A stretch of 64,000 nucleotides of DNA from an uncultured Verrucomicrobiae bacterium (GTDB lineage: Bacteria > Verrucomicrobiota > Verrucomicrobiia > Chthoniobacterales > JAFAMB01). The first letter of the stretch is position 1, and the number at the start of each line of letters is the position of its first letter. Shown here one piece after another: positions 1 through 8,146 of this stretch. Where the stretch lies: positions 57,435 through 121,434 of the forward strand of contig CAVVPV010000028.1 of assembly GCA_963750185.1 (NCBI GenBank), given 5' to 3'. The translations under genes were made by a program, and so were the position numbers. The notes beneath the pieces are model-generated. The model saw only the letters and a list, made by a program, of their open reading frames with translations, searched no databases and was not told the DNA's origin.

Positions 1-883
1 CGACCCACCACATCCGGGCTAGGCAGGCCTGAATATCGCTGACCGCGGCAGCTCGACCTGAAGCATTGAATACCGGCAGCTCGACGCGTTCACCATCGTA
101 ATAATTGGGGCCACCTAAGCGAACTCCCAGTGCGTATGCCATCGCGGCTTCGGGCCATCCGGCATTCGGGCTCGCATGGAGTGCGGCTTCCCGCCGAACT
201 CTGGCCCAACTCGCAGGAGAACGAAACAAGCACAGGACCAGTGCGCAGATTCGCGCCGGTAACCAGTTCAAGAGGTCATCGGCGCGGGCCGACATTTTAC
301 CAAACTTTTCGTAAGCTTCAGTTCGATGGCCGACGATGGAGTCCAACGTGTTAGCGGTGCGGTAGATTAAAGCTCCCGGCGCGCCGCTAAAGACACTCCA
401 GAATAGCGGTGCCACGATTCCGTCGACGAGACTCTCCGCGACACTTTCGATTGCGGCTCGACTTATTTCGGTTTGATCGAGGGTCTCAGTGTCCCGTCCA
501 ACCATCCGCGAAAGCCGTTTCCGAGCAGCGCCTATATCCCCTGTGGTGAGTGGTTGAAGAACAGCTTTGGCGTGCTCCTGAAGATCTCGCGCCGCGATTG
601 CCTGGTAGATGACAATGACGTCGAAGATATAGGCCGCAACCGGACTAACCAATGAGCAGATGGAGTGAATGATGACATAACCGGCTAACATCGTTCCAAC
701 TACCAGGAGCCAAAATAGGATACCGAGCAAAACCGTCCGGGAGAAATGGCTGGTCAGCCAGCGCTCGTAGGCGGTCGAAAGCGCGCCGGCGGACCTGGCG
801 ATGTGCGGCCATCGGCGCGGATCGCCGATCAAGACGTCGAGTATTACGGCCGCGACTATCTGGGCTGGATTAATCGGCCACAT
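1..883 (-). CDS. cbiB: Adenosylcobinamide-phosphate synthase CbiB (3' end outside window)
   Basis: Absent from the ORF track because it runs off the window edge. My reverse-strand translation from the ATG at 883-881 gives MWPINPAQIVAAVILDVLIGDPRRWPHIARSAG...GRDTETLDQTEISRAAIESVAESLVDGIVAPLFW...GHRTEAYEKFGKMSARADDLLNWLPAR...NAGWPEAAMAYALGVRLGGPNYY. This matches the CbiB/CobD membrane-protein pattern. The ATG overlaps the cobQ stop (ATGTGGCCGATTAA). The frame stays open to base 2. Confidence 0.85.
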   Translation of the reverse strand, partial: MWPINPAQIVAAVILDVLIGDPRRWPHIARSAGALSTAYERWLTSHFSRTVLLGILFWLLVVGTMLAGYVIIHSICSLVSPVAAYIFDVIVIYQAIAARDLQEHAKAVLQPLTTGDIGAARKRLSRMVGRDTETLDQTEISRAAIESVAESLVDGIVAPLFWSVFSGAPGALIYRTANTLDSIVGHRTEAYEKFGKMSARADDLLNWLPARICALVLCLFRSPASWARVRREAALHASPNAGWPEAAMAYALGVRLGGPNYYDGERVELPVFNASGRAAAVSDIQACLARMWWV

Positions 884-2321
884 AGTGCCAGACCTCCTCG
901 AGGTTCAGATGCCTTTGCACTGCTTCGGCCATCCCGTCATAAATTTGCCGGAGATGAGCGCGCCAGGAGACCTTCGCAGGCCGATAATTCTGAAGTCCGG
1001 CAATGACAGCCAATTCCGACCTCACCGCCGGCGACTCGAATAAACCGTGCAGGTAGCTGCCCCAAACATGGTTCCACCGGCATCCCTCGGGCTTATTTCC
1101 CTGACCGTTTACCAGAAGAACTAACTCGTCACAGCGCAGAGTTCGGGTAGTGACACCCATATGGATTTCGTAGGCTGTCCAACGATCAGTGCCCCAACTA
1201 ACCGTGACTTGCGAAAGGGATTTCGTCGGGGAAAACGTCGTCTGGACGGGGAGCATATTGAGCCCAGGCAGAACGCCCCGATCGCCCGCGATGCCCTCCG
1301 GATCCCGAACCGATTCACCTAACATCTGGTAACCGCCGCAGATCCCAACGACCGGGACACCCCGTTTGGCAGCTGCTTGGATGGCCTCGCCCATCTTCGT
1401 CATGCGAAGCCACCCCAGATCGGCGACGGTATTCTTGCTGCCGGGCAAAACCACGATTCTCGCGTCGCCCAACTCACTCGGTTGGTCTACCCATTGCACC
1501 CGAATACCACCATCCAACAACCATGGTTGGCAGTCTTGAGAGTTCGATAGATGGGGCAGGCGAATCCAAGCCATCTTTTCACCGCCGGCTCGTTCCTCGG
1601 CCTCTCGGCAAAGACTGTCTTCGCTCTCTGGTTGGAGATCGGTCAGGTAGGGAATTACACCCAAATAAGGCACCGGGATGCGCTCAGCTAAATACCCGGG
1701 CGCATCCGCAAACAACGATAGGTCGCCTCTGAACTTGTTGACGATCACGCCGAGGAAGCGGGCCTGGTCGGCCGGATTAAGAAGCGTCCAGGTGCCGACG
1801 ATCTGGGCAAAAACGCCGCCGCGCTCGATGTCAGCCACAAGAAGTGATCGTCCATCCAAATAGTTGATCGGCCTCAAGTTCACCAAGTCGCGCGACATGA
1901 GATTAAGTTCAACCGGGCTGCCCGCGCCTTCGATAATCAGAACGTCACATCGATGCTTCCAATACTCCAATGTGTCACGAATAGTCGGCCAGAGCTCGTC
2001 CACTAGACCGTAGTATTCAGCCGCAAGTACATGCTTTTGTGCTTTCCCAAGTAAGACCAACTGCGAACCGAGATCGCCCGAGGGTTTAAGCAGGATCGGA
2101 TTCATTTCGACCGTCGGTATCAAGCCGCTCGCCTCCGCCTGCGCGGCCTGCGCTCGTCCGATCTCGCCACCATCAAGCGTGACGAACGAATTGTTCGACA
2201 TGTTTTGCGCTTTAAAGGGAGCGACTCGTACTCCGCGAAGACGCAGCCAGGCGCAGAGAGCAGTAGCCAACCAACTCTTGCCGCTATTGGACGAGGTACC
2301 CAGAACAGCAAGCGCTTTCAT
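870..2321 (-). CDS. cobQ: Cobyric acid synthase CobQ
   Basis: 483 aa. The N-terminus MKALAVLGTSSNSGKSWLATALC...APFKAQNMSNNS is CobQ-typical, and there is a C-terminal glutamine amidotransferase part (GICGGYQMLG). It lies in a cobalamin operon. Confidence 0.93.
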   Translation of the reverse strand: MKALAVLGTSSNSGKSWLATALCAWLRLRGVRVAPFKAQNMSNNSFVTLDGGEIGRAQAAQAEASGLIPTVEMNPILLKPSGDLGSQLVLLGKAQKHVLAAEYYGLVDELWPTIRDTLEYWKHRCDVLIIEGAGSPVELNLMSRDLVNLRPINYLDGRSLLVADIERGGVFAQIVGTWTLLNPADQARFLGVIVNKFRGDLSLFADAPGYLAERIPVPYLGVIPYLTDLQPESEDSLCREAEERAGGEKMAWIRLPHLSNSQDCQPWLLDGGIRVQWVDQPSELGDARIVVLPGSKNTVADLGWLRMTKMGEAIQAAAKRGVPVVGICGGYQMLGESVRDPEGIAGDRGVLPGLNMLPVQTTFSPTKSLSQVTVSWGTDRWTAYEIHMGVTTRTLRCDELVLLVNGQGNKPEGCRWNHVWGSYLHGLFESPAVRSELAVIAGLQNYRPAKVSWRAHLRQIYDGMAEAVQRHLNLEEVWHYVAD

Positions 2322-3421
2322 GCGGCCCTCCCGATCAGGTTAGCGCAAACCGCAAAAAGCGCGTCCACGAATTGGTAGTTTTCCGACGCACTTCTGACGG
2401 CGACGCGAAGAAACCGGTTCTTCGGCATCCCATAAAAGGAGTCACACACACGCACCAAAAGCCCGCGGCGGCCGAGCTCGGTGTAGATTCGCACAGCATC
2501 CAGAGGTAAGTCTGTTAGTTCCAGCAAAAGAAAGTTGGCAGCGGAAGAATGAACTCTAATCCCGGGAATACTACGGAGGCTCTTTTTGAATTCCTCTCTC
2601 AAATGAGCCAGCATTCGTAGGGACGCCAGATATTCTGCGCGTCGCTCTTCGACCAAGAACTGGTTCGCCCATGCTTGAACGACCCCGTTGATGCTCCATG
2701 GTGGTTGCATTTGTCGTAGCCGTTCAATAGGGCCGGCAGTAGCCAGAAATCCGAGGCGAAGACCCGGAATGCACCAACTCTTCGTTAATGATCGCACCAC
2801 AATCAGAGAAGGATAGTTAGTGAGCTGACCGAGTAGCGATTCTTGCTCGGAATCGGTGACAAATTCGATAAACGCTTCGTCGATAATCCAATGCTTTGCC
2901 CGGACCCAGCGCCTGTCGAACAATCTGACCAGATCATTCAGCGGCCTGAACGATCCGGTCGGATTGTTGGGATTGCCGAGAACAACTACGTCAAATGGCT
3001 CCAACCTGGCGGCCCATAACGTCGCAGAGCGGTTCCACAAATCGGGTTCCAGTAAGGCTCTCTCCAGCGTGCAAGGTAAGGTGCTAAAGGCTCTGCTGTA
3101 GTCGCTAAAGGCCGGTTCCAATACGGCTACCTTGTAGCCCGTAAACAACCGCGCAGCTAGATACAGCGCTTCAATCGCCCCGGCAGTGGGAAGAATGTGA
3201 CCGGCACTAACATGGTAAAACCTGGCAATTTGCTCAGCGAGCCCCTGCGGATCAGGCTCCGGGTAGTGGCTGATCTCCGACCTCCATTGATCCCAATCGC
3301 CCGGCTGGACGCTGGGTGCGAGTACGTTCACATTCGAGCTGAAATCGATAAACGAATCGGCTGGCAACCCAAACTGCTTGACAGCCTGCCTAAGCCCGCC
3401 GCCATGGAATGCCTGCGACAT
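2318..3421 (-). CDS. cobD: L-threonine-O-3-phosphate decarboxylase (class I/II aminotransferase fold)
   Basis: 367 aa. It begins FHGGGL...DFSSNVNVL, and contains NPNNPTG and SLTKSWCIPGLRLG (PLP-lysine region). It aligns by eye along the full length with Salmonella CobD. There is a 4-nt overlap with cobQ. Confidence 0.85.
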   Translation of the reverse strand: MSQAFHGGGLRQAVKQFGLPADSFIDFSSNVNVLAPSVQPGDWDQWRSEISHYPEPDPQGLAEQIARFYHVSAGHILPTAGAIEALYLAARLFTGYKVAVLEPAFSDYSRAFSTLPCTLERALLEPDLWNRSATLWAARLEPFDVVVLGNPNNPTGSFRPLNDLVRLFDRRWVRAKHWIIDEAFIEFVTDSEQESLLGQLTNYPSLIVVRSLTKSWCIPGLRLGFLATAGPIERLRQMQPPWSINGVVQAWANQFLVEERRAEYLASLRMLAHLREEFKKSLRSIPGIRVHSSAANFLLLELTDLPLDAVRIYTELGRRGLLVRVCDSFYGMPKNRFLRVAVRSASENYQFVDALFAVCANLIGRAA

Positions 3422-3424
3422 CTC

Positions 3425-3955
3425 CTAGGTGCCTCCCTTCAACACCAATGGCAATCCAGCGATGACAAATTCTACGACCGTCGCGTGAGTGGCCACTAAC
3501 TGATTTGCCAAACCACACAGGTCCCGAAAGGATCGCCCCTCAGGAGTAAATGGTACGAGACCCGCTCCTACTTCGTTGCTCACGATGATCAAGCACCGCT
3601 CGAGCTCGTGCACGCGCATAAGCGTTTGCTCCAGCTCCGACAAAAGTTGATCCGAAGTGCGTCCGGCCATCATGCGGAAGGAGAGCCACAAAGTCAGGCA
3701 ATCAAGCAGCAGCAGAACGTCACTGCTTTCGCTGACGATATTCTCCAGGTCAAAACGGTTTTCGATCGTTCTCCAATGAAGCGGTCGCTCCCGCTGATGG
3801 CGTTCAACGCGCGCCCGCATTTCTTCATCGGAAGGATCTGCTGCGTACGTTGCAATATAAGCAACCGCCTGGCCCGAAGCGGTGGCCAGAGATTCGGCTC
3901 GACGGGTCTTACCGCTACGGCTGCCGCCGATGACGAAATGAATGAATCCACTCAT
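3425..3955 (-). CDS. cobU: Adenosylcobinamide kinase / adenosylcobinamide-phosphate guanylyltransferase
   Basis: 176 aa with P-loop FVIGGSRSGKTRRAE and YIATY...D.EM..R...H motifs typical of CobU/CobP. Confidence 0.9.
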   Translation of the reverse strand: MSGFIHFVIGGSRSGKTRRAESLATASGQAVAYIATYAADPSDEEMRARVERHQRERPLHWRTIENRFDLENIVSESSDVLLLLDCLTLWLSFRMMAGRTSDQLLSELEQTLMRVHELERCLIIVSNEVGAGLVPFTPEGRSFRDLCGLANQLVATHATVVEFVIAGLPLVLKGGT

Positions 3956-3961
3956 AGCCGT

Positions 3962-4756
3962 TCAAGCATTTGTGGGCCGGAGGACTGCCAAAGAAAGGTA
4001 AGCGCTGAGTTCGACCAGTTGATTCGTCGCGCCGAGACAATCCCCCGTAATTCCCCCGATCTTGCGCTTAAAATAGAAGCCGCAGCCCACTGCGACCGCG
4101 GTTGTCGCCAAAATGCATAAAAGGCCGTCGAGTTGCAAAAGTGCGACCGAGAGGATAGTTGGGAAAACCAGCGCAATCCTGAGCTGGGCATGCGTGACCT
4201 TATTACCGAAAGGACTTGATTTGGATTCTCCCGTTCGGACATAGGGGAGACCGGCGAGTAACGCAACGGTTGAGGCGCGCCCGAGACTTTGAGCAACGAC
4301 AACTGCGAGAACGGCGTTGATGATGCTAACTGCCAAGAGCGACTGAATCAAAATCAGCTTGGCGGTCAGGGAAAACCATAAAGCTAGCGCACCGTAGGCG
4401 CCAATCCGGCTGTCTTTCATAATCTCAAGGCGCCGCTCCGGATCTTGTCCGCCGACAAGTCCGTCGGCGCAGTCTGCCAGACCATCTTCGTGCAGGCCCC
4501 CGGTAATGCAGAGGGTAACCAGCATGCAAATCAGCACAGCCACGAACGACGGCACCACGTACGATGTCAAAAGAGCGATTCCTCCACTGAGACCAACCAA
4601 TGCTCCGACAACCGGGAAATAAATCGCGGACCCGGCCAGATCTTCGAGGCGGAACTCATGCGCGCGGCCAACTGGCACCCGGGTAAGAAACATCACCGCC
4701 GCGCGAAATGTATTCATCTGGCGACGCGCCATGGCGACGAGCGCGGCGTTATTCAT
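3962..4756 (-). CDS. cobS: Adenosylcobinamide-GDP ribazoletransferase (cobalamin synthase)
   Basis: Polytopic membrane protein with FLTRVPVG and GGLHEDGLADCADG motifs. I placed the start at the ATG at 4756 (MNNAALV...), which overlaps the cobT stop by 8 nt. The track's longer start (4819) lies inside cobT. Confidence 0.88.
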   Translation of the reverse strand: MNNAALVAMARRQMNTFRAAVMFLTRVPVGRAHEFRLEDLAGSAIYFPVVGALVGLSGGIALLTSYVVPSFVAVLICMLVTLCITGGLHEDGLADCADGLVGGQDPERRLEIMKDSRIGAYGALALWFSLTAKLILIQSLLAVSIINAVLAVVVAQSLGRASTVALLAGLPYVRTGESKSSPFGNKVTHAQLRIALVFPTILSVALLQLDGLLCILATTAVAVGCGFYFKRKIGGITGDCLGATNQLVELSAYLSLAVLRPTNA

Positions 4757-6557
4757 TCGATTTCTCCTGATCCAAGAGGGCACAAGCGACGTTGGCGGTA
4801 TCAAAGGTGGCCATCTCACAAAGAAGTTTTGCCGACGCTTCCAGGATCGGCATGGCTAGCGCCGCACCGGTACCTTCTCCAAGACGCATTTTTAGATCGA
4901 GAAGCGGCTCAACACTCAAGGCGCGTAACGCTTTCCCGTGCGCCTGTTCGTCTGAGCGATGACTAAAAAAACAGACGTCTCGAGATCTCGGATCCATCTG
5001 AAAGGCGGCAGCCGCTGCGGCCGTTGCGATGAAACCATCGACGACAATGGGGAGGCCTGCCTGCGCAGCGGCGAGGATTGTGCCCGTCATCGCTGCAATC
5101 TCGAATCCGCCGACGACCTGTAGCCAGTAGAAACCGAGTTGCCCGGATGCAGACACCGAATGCCGCTCGATCGCTTCGGCAATCACCTGAGTTTTGCGAA
5201 CCAGGACCGCGTCGCTAACGCCAGTCCCGCGCCCTACCGCTTCGTCGGGACTGAAGCCGCACAATACAGCGAGCAGACACGAAGCCGACGTCGTGTTACC
5301 AATTCCCATCTCACCGATTCCCAGAAGGTGTACACCTTGCTCTCGCGCAATCCGGACTTGCTCGCGTCCTATGTCGATCGCTCGTTCGCACTCCTCCGGC
5401 GTCATCGCGGGTTCGTTTAGAAAATCCCGAGTTCCGTTCCGAATCGGTCTCGAGAAAAAGTTTGGCTCGTTAGCGATCTCGTCTGGCCAGGTTGTGTCCA
5501 CTCCGGTGTCGATGACGTGCAATTCGATCCCTGCGTGCCGGGCAAGAACGTTGATGGCGGCACCGCCCCGCAGAAAATTCAGCACCATCTGGCCGGTGAC
5601 CGTGCTGGGATATGCGCTGACGCCTTCAGCGGTTACCCCGTGCGTCCCGGCATAAACGCAGATTCGCTTGCGGGTGAGCGTAGGCTCTAGTGTCAGCTGC
5701 AGCGATGCTAAACGTACGGCTACCTGTTCCAAGATACCGAGTGAGCCTTTCGGTTTGGTTTTCCGATCGATCTTCTCTTGAGCTGTCCGTACGAACTCGG
5801 TCTCCACCGCGGGACGGGCACCTTCCAGCAAAGAGCACCGCGGCATTGCGAACAATCGCGGGTTGCCCCAACGATTCCCAAACACGAACGCCTGCAGCTT
5901 CTCCCGCCGTTTCCATCCGACTTCTTCGAGAAGTGGCTTCGGACGAAATTCGAGCGGATAGCCGATACATAGATAAGCGACCAGTTCGACCCCGGGCGGC
6001 AGTTCCAAAATCCGCGCAACTGCTTCTGGTTCCAAAATGCTAACCCACCCGACGCCGACCCCTTCCACGCGCGCCGCAAGCCAAAGATTTTCGATCGCGA
6101 GGCAAACACTGTAGGGTGCCGTCTTCGGCATCGGGGCGTGCCCGAGTACAAATGATGACCCGCGGGAATGGTCGCAGGTTACTGCGATGTTCAGCGGCGC
6201 TTCCAGAATGCCCTCCAACTTCAACGAGTCGTAGAGCCCGCTTCGCACGTCACCATCGAGTTTACTTCGTTCCCGTGAATTTACTGATTCGAAACTGCTT
6301 TTAATTTTCCGACGGATATCCAGGGAGTCGATCAGAATAAAATTCCACGGTTGCATGAGCCCAACTGATGGCGCAGCATGGGCCGCTTCAAGGATCCGAC
6401 AGATCGCGGCGTCGCTGATCGTGTCCGGACGAAAATGCCGAATGTCTCTACGAGCAAGAATTAACCGATGGATAATTTCCTGCTCGCTGCTTGAAAATAC
6501 GTCCGCAGCTGTTGCAGCGGGGGCTGCTTCCTCTTGGGTTGTCATTCCATGCTTCAT
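4749..6557 (-). CDS. bluB-cobT: Fusion protein: BluB-like 5,6-dimethylbenzimidazole synthase (N-terminal) + nicotinate-nucleotide--DMB phosphoribosyltransferase CobT (C-terminal)
   Basis: The N-terminal half is nitroreductase/BluB-like (RRDIRHFRPD...AAHAAPSVGLMQPWNFILI). The C-terminal half is CobT (KPKGSLGILEQVAVRLA..., GEMGIGNTTSASCLLAV, PIVVDGFI, LGEGTGAALA). The domain junction is near nt 5830. I placed the start at MKHGMTTQEE (ATG at 6557), because the track's 48-codon extension covers the riboswitch-like leader. Confidence 0.85.
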   Translation of the reverse strand: MKHGMTTQEEAAPAATAADVFSSSEQEIIHRLILARRDIRHFRPDTISDAAICRILEAAHAAPSVGLMQPWNFILIDSLDIRRKIKSSFESVNSRERSKLDGDVRSGLYDSLKLEGILEAPLNIAVTCDHSRGSSFVLGHAPMPKTAPYSVCLAIENLWLAARVEGVGVGWVSILEPEAVARILELPPGVELVAYLCIGYPLEFRPKPLLEEVGWKRREKLQAFVFGNRWGNPRLFAMPRCSLLEGARPAVETEFVRTAQEKIDRKTKPKGSLGILEQVAVRLASLQLTLEPTLTRKRICVYAGTHGVTAEGVSAYPSTVTGQMVLNFLRGGAAINVLARHAGIELHVIDTGVDTTWPDEIANEPNFFSRPIRNGTRDFLNEPAMTPEECERAIDIGREQVRIAREQGVHLLGIGEMGIGNTTSASCLLAVLCGFSPDEAVGRGTGVSDAVLVRKTQVIAEAIERHSVSASGQLGFYWLQVVGGFEIAAMTGTILAAAQAGLPIVVDGFIATAAAAAAFQMDPRSRDVCFFSHRSDEQAHGKALRALSVEPLLDLKMRLGEGTGAALAMPILEASAKLLCEMATFDTANVACALLDQEKSNE

Positions 6558-6654
6558 TAATTGCGATGAAGTTTTCGCGAAATCGCTTGATAGGCGATCC
6601 GAGCGAAAAAACCTGTGGCTAAGTATTCGGACTCCGAGCCTGTCCCTCCGAACG

Positions 6655-6800
6655 AGGACGCCTTTTCCCCAGCCTTCACCAATCTTTCGATTGACTGGCA
6701 TCTGTGATGAAAATCACAGTGGAGAATTGTGACTCGATACCGCAGCGCTACTGTGACCGGTTCTCACGGTCTTCCATGAATCCACGGGTATTTGGGCCTG
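6655..6800 (-). promoter_or_regulatory. Probable cobalamin (B12) riboswitch in the leader of the bluB-cobT...cbiB operon
   Basis: The minus-strand RNA reads UGGAAGACCGUGAGAACCGGUCACAGUAGCGCUGCGGUAUCG. This aligns position-for-position with the E. coli btuB core GGGAAUCCAGUGCGAAUCUGGAGCUGACGCGCAGCGGUAAGG. A CCACUG element and a partial B12-box-like UGCCAGUCAAUC follow. A U-run lies downstream at 6606-6611. This is a by-eye alignment only. Confidence 0.6.
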
Positions 6801-6879
6801 TCAAAAAACTAAGACGCAGTCCACCACGAATTGCTTGGAGTGTCAACTCCCAGTTCATTATAGACAAGAAACGAACGAG

Positions 6880-7752
6880 ATGAACGCGGTTGGAAAGCAG
6901 TGGGTATCTGGAAAGATCGGAGAATGGCTCCAAGGCACGGACAAAAGCGGAGACCCGATCGTTTATCCTCTGACGACAACGTCTTCACCGTTTCGCACAA
7001 TTACCTGCATCGAGCCGGCCTCGAATCTTTCGATCGTCGTTAGATCGCAGCAGTCGGCCGGCTCGAAACGGAAAACGGAATTGGCAGTAAATGAAATGGC
7101 CGACGCCTGCGGATTTCCAACGGAGTGTGGTTACCGGATTACAATTCGGAATTCACCGCCTCGCGCGAAAGGGTTGGGTTCCAGCAGCATCGATATCGCA
7201 TCCGCCCTTCTGTCGATAAAACATTATCGAAAACTGGATTTGAGCGATGCGACACTCTTCCAGGTGATGTGTCGGGTCGAGCGGTCAGATTTTCTATTTA
7301 GGCCGGAATTGATCGTCGCAACTAATCCGGTGGCCGGGAGTTTCTCGATTGTGGGAACCGTACCGGCTTGCATGGTACTTGCGGTGGATACGGCGCCTCT
7401 GGAGCGGGTAGATACCGAGGCCGTTCGGCATCTCGATCTTGCCCGTCGACGTTTCGGTCAAGAGTACGAGGAACTTTGCTCGCTGATTCAAACGGGTGAT
7501 CGGGAGGCGATGTTTTACGCGTCGACCCGGAGCGCTGAAATCAATGACAAGCTGTTACCGAAGCCGGGTTTTTCCAAGGCGCGCAAATTGGCGAACGACT
7601 TCCAAACGCTCGGGTTAGTTGCGGCGCATACTGGCACCTATCTTGGGCTACTGTTTCCCAGCCCTGTGGATACCGAGCTATTAACGCACGTACGCGCAAA
7701 GGTAATTGAAGAATTCTCCGTTGAGCCTTTGCTGTTTCGAGTTGGAGCGTAG
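6880..7752 (+). CDS. pduX: GHMP-family L-threonine kinase, PduX-like
   Basis: Matches Salmonella PduX block by block: GKIGEWLQG vs CGELIQG; PPRAKGLGSSSIDIASA vs IPVAKGMASSTADIAAT; LLPKPGF is identical; GLVAAHTGTYLGLLF vs GLNVAHSGSVVGLML. I used the ATG at 6880 rather than the track's TTG at 6835. Confidence 0.8.
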   Translation: MNAVGKQWVSGKIGEWLQGTDKSGDPIVYPLTTTSSPFRTITCIEPASNLSIVVRSQQSAGSKRKTELAVNEMADACGFPTECGYRITIRNSPPRAKGLGSSSIDIASALLSIKHYRKLDLSDATLFQVMCRVERSDFLFRPELIVATNPVAGSFSIVGTVPACMVLAVDTAPLERVDTEAVRHLDLARRRFGQEYEELCSLIQTGDREAMFYASTRSAEINDKLLPKPGFSKARKLANDFQTLGLVAAHTGTYLGLLFPSPVDTELLTHVRAKVIEEFSVEPLLFRVGA

Positions 7753-7928
7753 TTTGGGTTGTCGCTTGGAACCTGGCCACGCGTTGCAACCTGCTTGCCG
7801 GGCCAGTTCGGAGAAAGCAATATTTTTCGAAAGAGAGGAGAGAACATGGATTCACAAGCTGTATAATCGTTGTGTGACCTTATTCATGCTTCCGCTCCTG
7901 GATCGCGGAATGGAAAGATTTTCGCCGT

Positions 7929-8111
7929 ATGGCTCAGAATGAAACCGAAGTTATGGAAACCGGTCGGGTCCGGAAAGTCGTCCAGATTTCTGCTATGGTC
8001 CACCAAGAGAAGGATTGGGCATTTATCGCCCTATGCGATGATGGATCACTGTGGCTTTATCATGGCTCATGGTCGCGAATTGAGAGTATACCGCAGACTC
8101 CTGATTCGTAG
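7929..8111 (+). CDS. Hypothetical small protein (60 aa)
   Basis: Open frame only. It has a non-repetitive, beta-rich-looking sequence (DGSLWLYHGSWSRIESI) and no recognisable family. Confidence 0.25.
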   Translation: MAQNETEVMETGRVRKVVQISAMVHQEKDWAFIALCDDGSLWLYHGSWSRIESIPQTPDS

Positions 8112-8146
8112 AGCGGATTAGGCGTCGGGAGTGAGGAAAATACGGA

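Noticed and set aside
6558-6701. N-terminal 48 codons of the track ORF 4749-6701
   Set aside because: This region coincides with the riboswitch-like leader and reads as low-quality peptide. BluB homology starts only after the ATG at 6557.
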